From a virus, in IMG/VR virus record IMGVR_UViG_3300005289_000004, positions 11,641-75,640 of that record: a stretch of DNA of 64,000 nt; one strand, written 5' to 3'. Position numbers and translations under genes: made by a program. The notes under the pieces are model-generated. The model worked only from the letters and a program-made list of their open reading frames with translations, had not been told where the DNA came from and did not search any database. Every line of letters begins with the position of its first letter. Within the stretch, counting starts at the first letter, position 1. This document shows positions 61,868-64,000 of this stretch, in pieces.

Positions 61868-62585
61868 TTTCTTGAATTGTTTTTATAAAGTTAATACTTG
61901 GGTTATATAATTGTCTGTAATTAATAATAGCAAACAGGGCTATATAGAAAGGGAAGTGCTTGATGATATTGTCTTTTAACTGACGGATAAACGCTTTCTT
62001 GTAGTACAAGTTAGGGTATCTTTCAAATGCCATGACTGCCGTTTCTTCAAACACAACAGCTTTCTTCTCTTCAAAGGATAATGTCTCCCATTTACTAGGG
62101 TCAAGCTCCACCTCACTGCCATCTTTCAACAGTTTAGTGAACATTGGTACAGGATTTAGCAGTGTGTGTAAATAATCATGCTGATCTGTATCTTCATTAA
62201 CTGCATTTGTAAAGAAGCTCTCTTTAGTCATAGCTAAATCGCTACGTCTGATCTTAGGAAGATAGTCTGTCCAAAACTCTATCAGTTTATCTAGTAGATC
62301 GTAATGTATCTTATGTCCTTTATCTAGTATAAAGTGGCAATCCCACAAATGCTTCTCCCAATTATTATCCCAAAACAGGTGGCTAACTTTAAGTGTTAAC
62401 AGTGTATCTCCGTCTACTTCACCATCACCTACCCAATCACAAAGTATAGGGTTATAGAGGTACTCTACTCTAGGTATATCAGACTTTTTATCCACATCTA
62501 CTGCAAAATCAACATCTTTTGGGGTGCGATTAAATTCAGGGTACAGTTCTTTTAATCTACAACTACCTATTAAAATCCGTTTCAT
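61848..62585 (-). CDS. Pol-beta-superfamily nucleotidyltransferase-like protein
   Basis: N-terminal ILIGS...PKDVDF (GS-xn-DxD), then K.SH..W..KH and HDYLH motifs. Confidence 0.6.
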   Translation of the reverse strand: MKRILIGSCRLKELYPEFNRTPKDVDFAVDVDKKSDIPRVEYLYNPILCDWVGDGEVDGDTLLTLKVSHLFWDNNWEKHLWDCHFILDKGHKIHYDLLDKLIEFWTDYLPKIRRSDLAMTKESFFTNAVNEDTDQHDYLHTLLNPVPMFTKLLKDGSEVELDPSKWETLSFEEKKAVVFEETAVMAFERYPNLYYKKAFIRQLKDNIIKHFPFYIALFAIINYRQLYNPSINFIKTIQENGLKKD

Positions 62586-63516
62586 AAATAATTCGGTTTA
62601 ACTTGTTTTAAAGTTGTGATCTTAAACTTAGCTTCAATCTCTTTACGCTTAGCATTAGCTGCAAGACGTTGTTCTTCTACCTCTTTTTCATGTTGAGCTA
62701 ACTCTTCCCAATACTGTGCATTCTCTGGTGTATGTAGAATATAGCGGTCTAAGTAATAGTCAGAAATCTGTTCTTTAGCTCCATCTTCTGTCTCAAGTAC
62801 AAATCGGTTATCTTTCCTTATACCTACAACAGTTCCTTTTTTACCACTACTAAACACATCACTAATAGGATTAGGCTCAACCCTAAAAGACTTGAAATTG
62901 GCAGTATCTTTCTTCCACTCGTCTATAAATTTCTTTACAGCAGCGTAAGATTTTTTAACTGAACTCTCGTGATCTATGTCGCAAGAGAATGTTTCGTAGT
63001 GGGTATCAAACCAGATTTCAATACCTCTGTATTTTTCAATTGTTGTTTTCATAATTTGTTATTCCTGTAGTATTGTACTAACTCTGATAATGATTCAAAC
63101 TCTTTAACAACTCTACTACTACCGTATATATTTTCGATTAAATTAGCTTGTCCAGTCTTTGTATAATAATCGCAAGAGTGTGCGTATTCATCATACGCCT
63201 TGATTGATAAGTTAACTACAACATCTTCCCAACCATATAGTTGAGGTATTATAGCCAAATTTTCTAGCGGTATGCTCTCTACATTTATAAAACAATACCT
63301 AACCATAATACCTGTTTGCGCTCCTTCTCTATCTCTGAGATAAGTTCTACCATTAAAATATATTCCAAAGTCTGCCAGATAAGTCCTAAGTAAATCTTGA
63401 ACAGTTGGGTTGTTGCTAATCTTACCTTTCCGCTTAGGAAACTCATCTAAGGTCATTAGTGTAGACAACTTATATTCGCTAATAAGAGTGTCTTCCAGTT
63501 CGTTGTATATTTTCAT
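62582..63516 (-). CDS. Two hypothetical proteins (62582..63052, 63049..63516)
   Basis: Overlapping ORFs heading the NTase operon. Confidence 0.6.
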
Positions 63517-63601
63517 AACGCTAAGGTAAGTGGTTATTTCTTAACTTCCAAATTTATTTGCACATTTTCTAAAGTTTTTTCGGTCTTTGGAAAAACGACT
63601 T

Positions 63602-64000
63602 TTAAAATAAATCTTCACTGTCAAATCTACTGCTAGGTTTAAGTGTGTTAGCTGTTGGTGTTAATTTGTTATAGTATTCATTTGCCCCATATCTTACACC
63701 TGCTATTTCCTCTTCCATCTTATGTGTTCTAGGATTAAAGTATATAGTCCTTGTTCCTAATGCACCTGAGCCAAAAGGCTTGGCCTTACAACATATCACA
63801 TCAATTGCGTTGGCAGGATAAGGCATACCTGTTGCTTTGTTTATTACACCTTCTGGATTTCTCCACAACGCTATTAACTGGTAGCCTCCCCTTGCATTAC
63901 TTTGACCGCCCATAATGTCCGTTACGTGTGGAATTGGGTAGTATTTAATTTGACTGTCCTTATCGACTATAAGCTCAACATCTCTACAGTGCGATGATAG
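63602..64000 (-). CDS. C-terminus of DnaB/T7 gp4-like helicase (partial)
   Basis: Frame open from the window edge: SH..YPIP..DIMGG....GYQLIALWR..KAKPFGSG..G, SF4 helicase H4 region. Confidence 0.7.
   Translation of the reverse strand, partial: LSSHCRDVELIVDKDSQIKYYPIPHVTDIMGGQSNARGGYQLIALWRNPEGVINKATGMPYPANAIDVICCKAKPFGSGALGTRTIYFNPRTHKMEEEIAGVRYGANEYYNKLTPTANTLKPSSRFDSEDLF

Noticed and set aside
1-64000. Stop-codon reassignment as in some crAss-like phages
   Set aside because: Long genes are intact in the standard code and TAA, TAG and TGA all end abutting genes
1-64000. tRNA genes, CRISPR arrays, integrase, reverse transcriptase/DGR
   Set aside because: No cloverleaf with T-loop consensus, no repeat-spacer array, and no such protein motifs noticed by eye

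Overview
A 64-kb stretch of an AT-rich lytic podovirus genome infecting a Bacteroidota host (TAnnTTTG -7 promoters throughout), with a crAss-like/Crassvirales-related virion module, read in the standard genetic code. 1-31365 (minus): late genes, i.e. GroES-like chaperones, terminase, portal, scaffold, major capsid, three tail ring proteins, a fragmented tail muzzle with Ig domains, three ejection proteins (the largest has an ART-like domain; no virion RNA polymerase motif seen) and lysis genes. 32067-46892 (plus): middle genes including a T7-like family A DNA polymerase, VirE_N/primase-like protein, HD hydrolase and MazG. 47144-47756: RepL gene with an iteron-like array. 48822-55035 (plus): small early genes. 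56184-64000 (minus): Rad52-like annealase, YqaJ exonuclease, permuted GHKL ATPase, a nucleotidyltransferase cassette and the end of a DnaB-like helicase. Four free-standing homing endonucleases are present. Most notable unexplained signals: (1) three copies of a kissing-loop RNA element, two heading ~500-nt ORF-free structured regions; (2) a phage-specific late promoter box at fixed spacing in 6-7 copies; (3) an Ig repeat split between two tail genes; (4) a nucleotidyltransferase coupled to three paralogs sharing an SYxG motif. All protein calls come from motif recognition by eye, not database searches.
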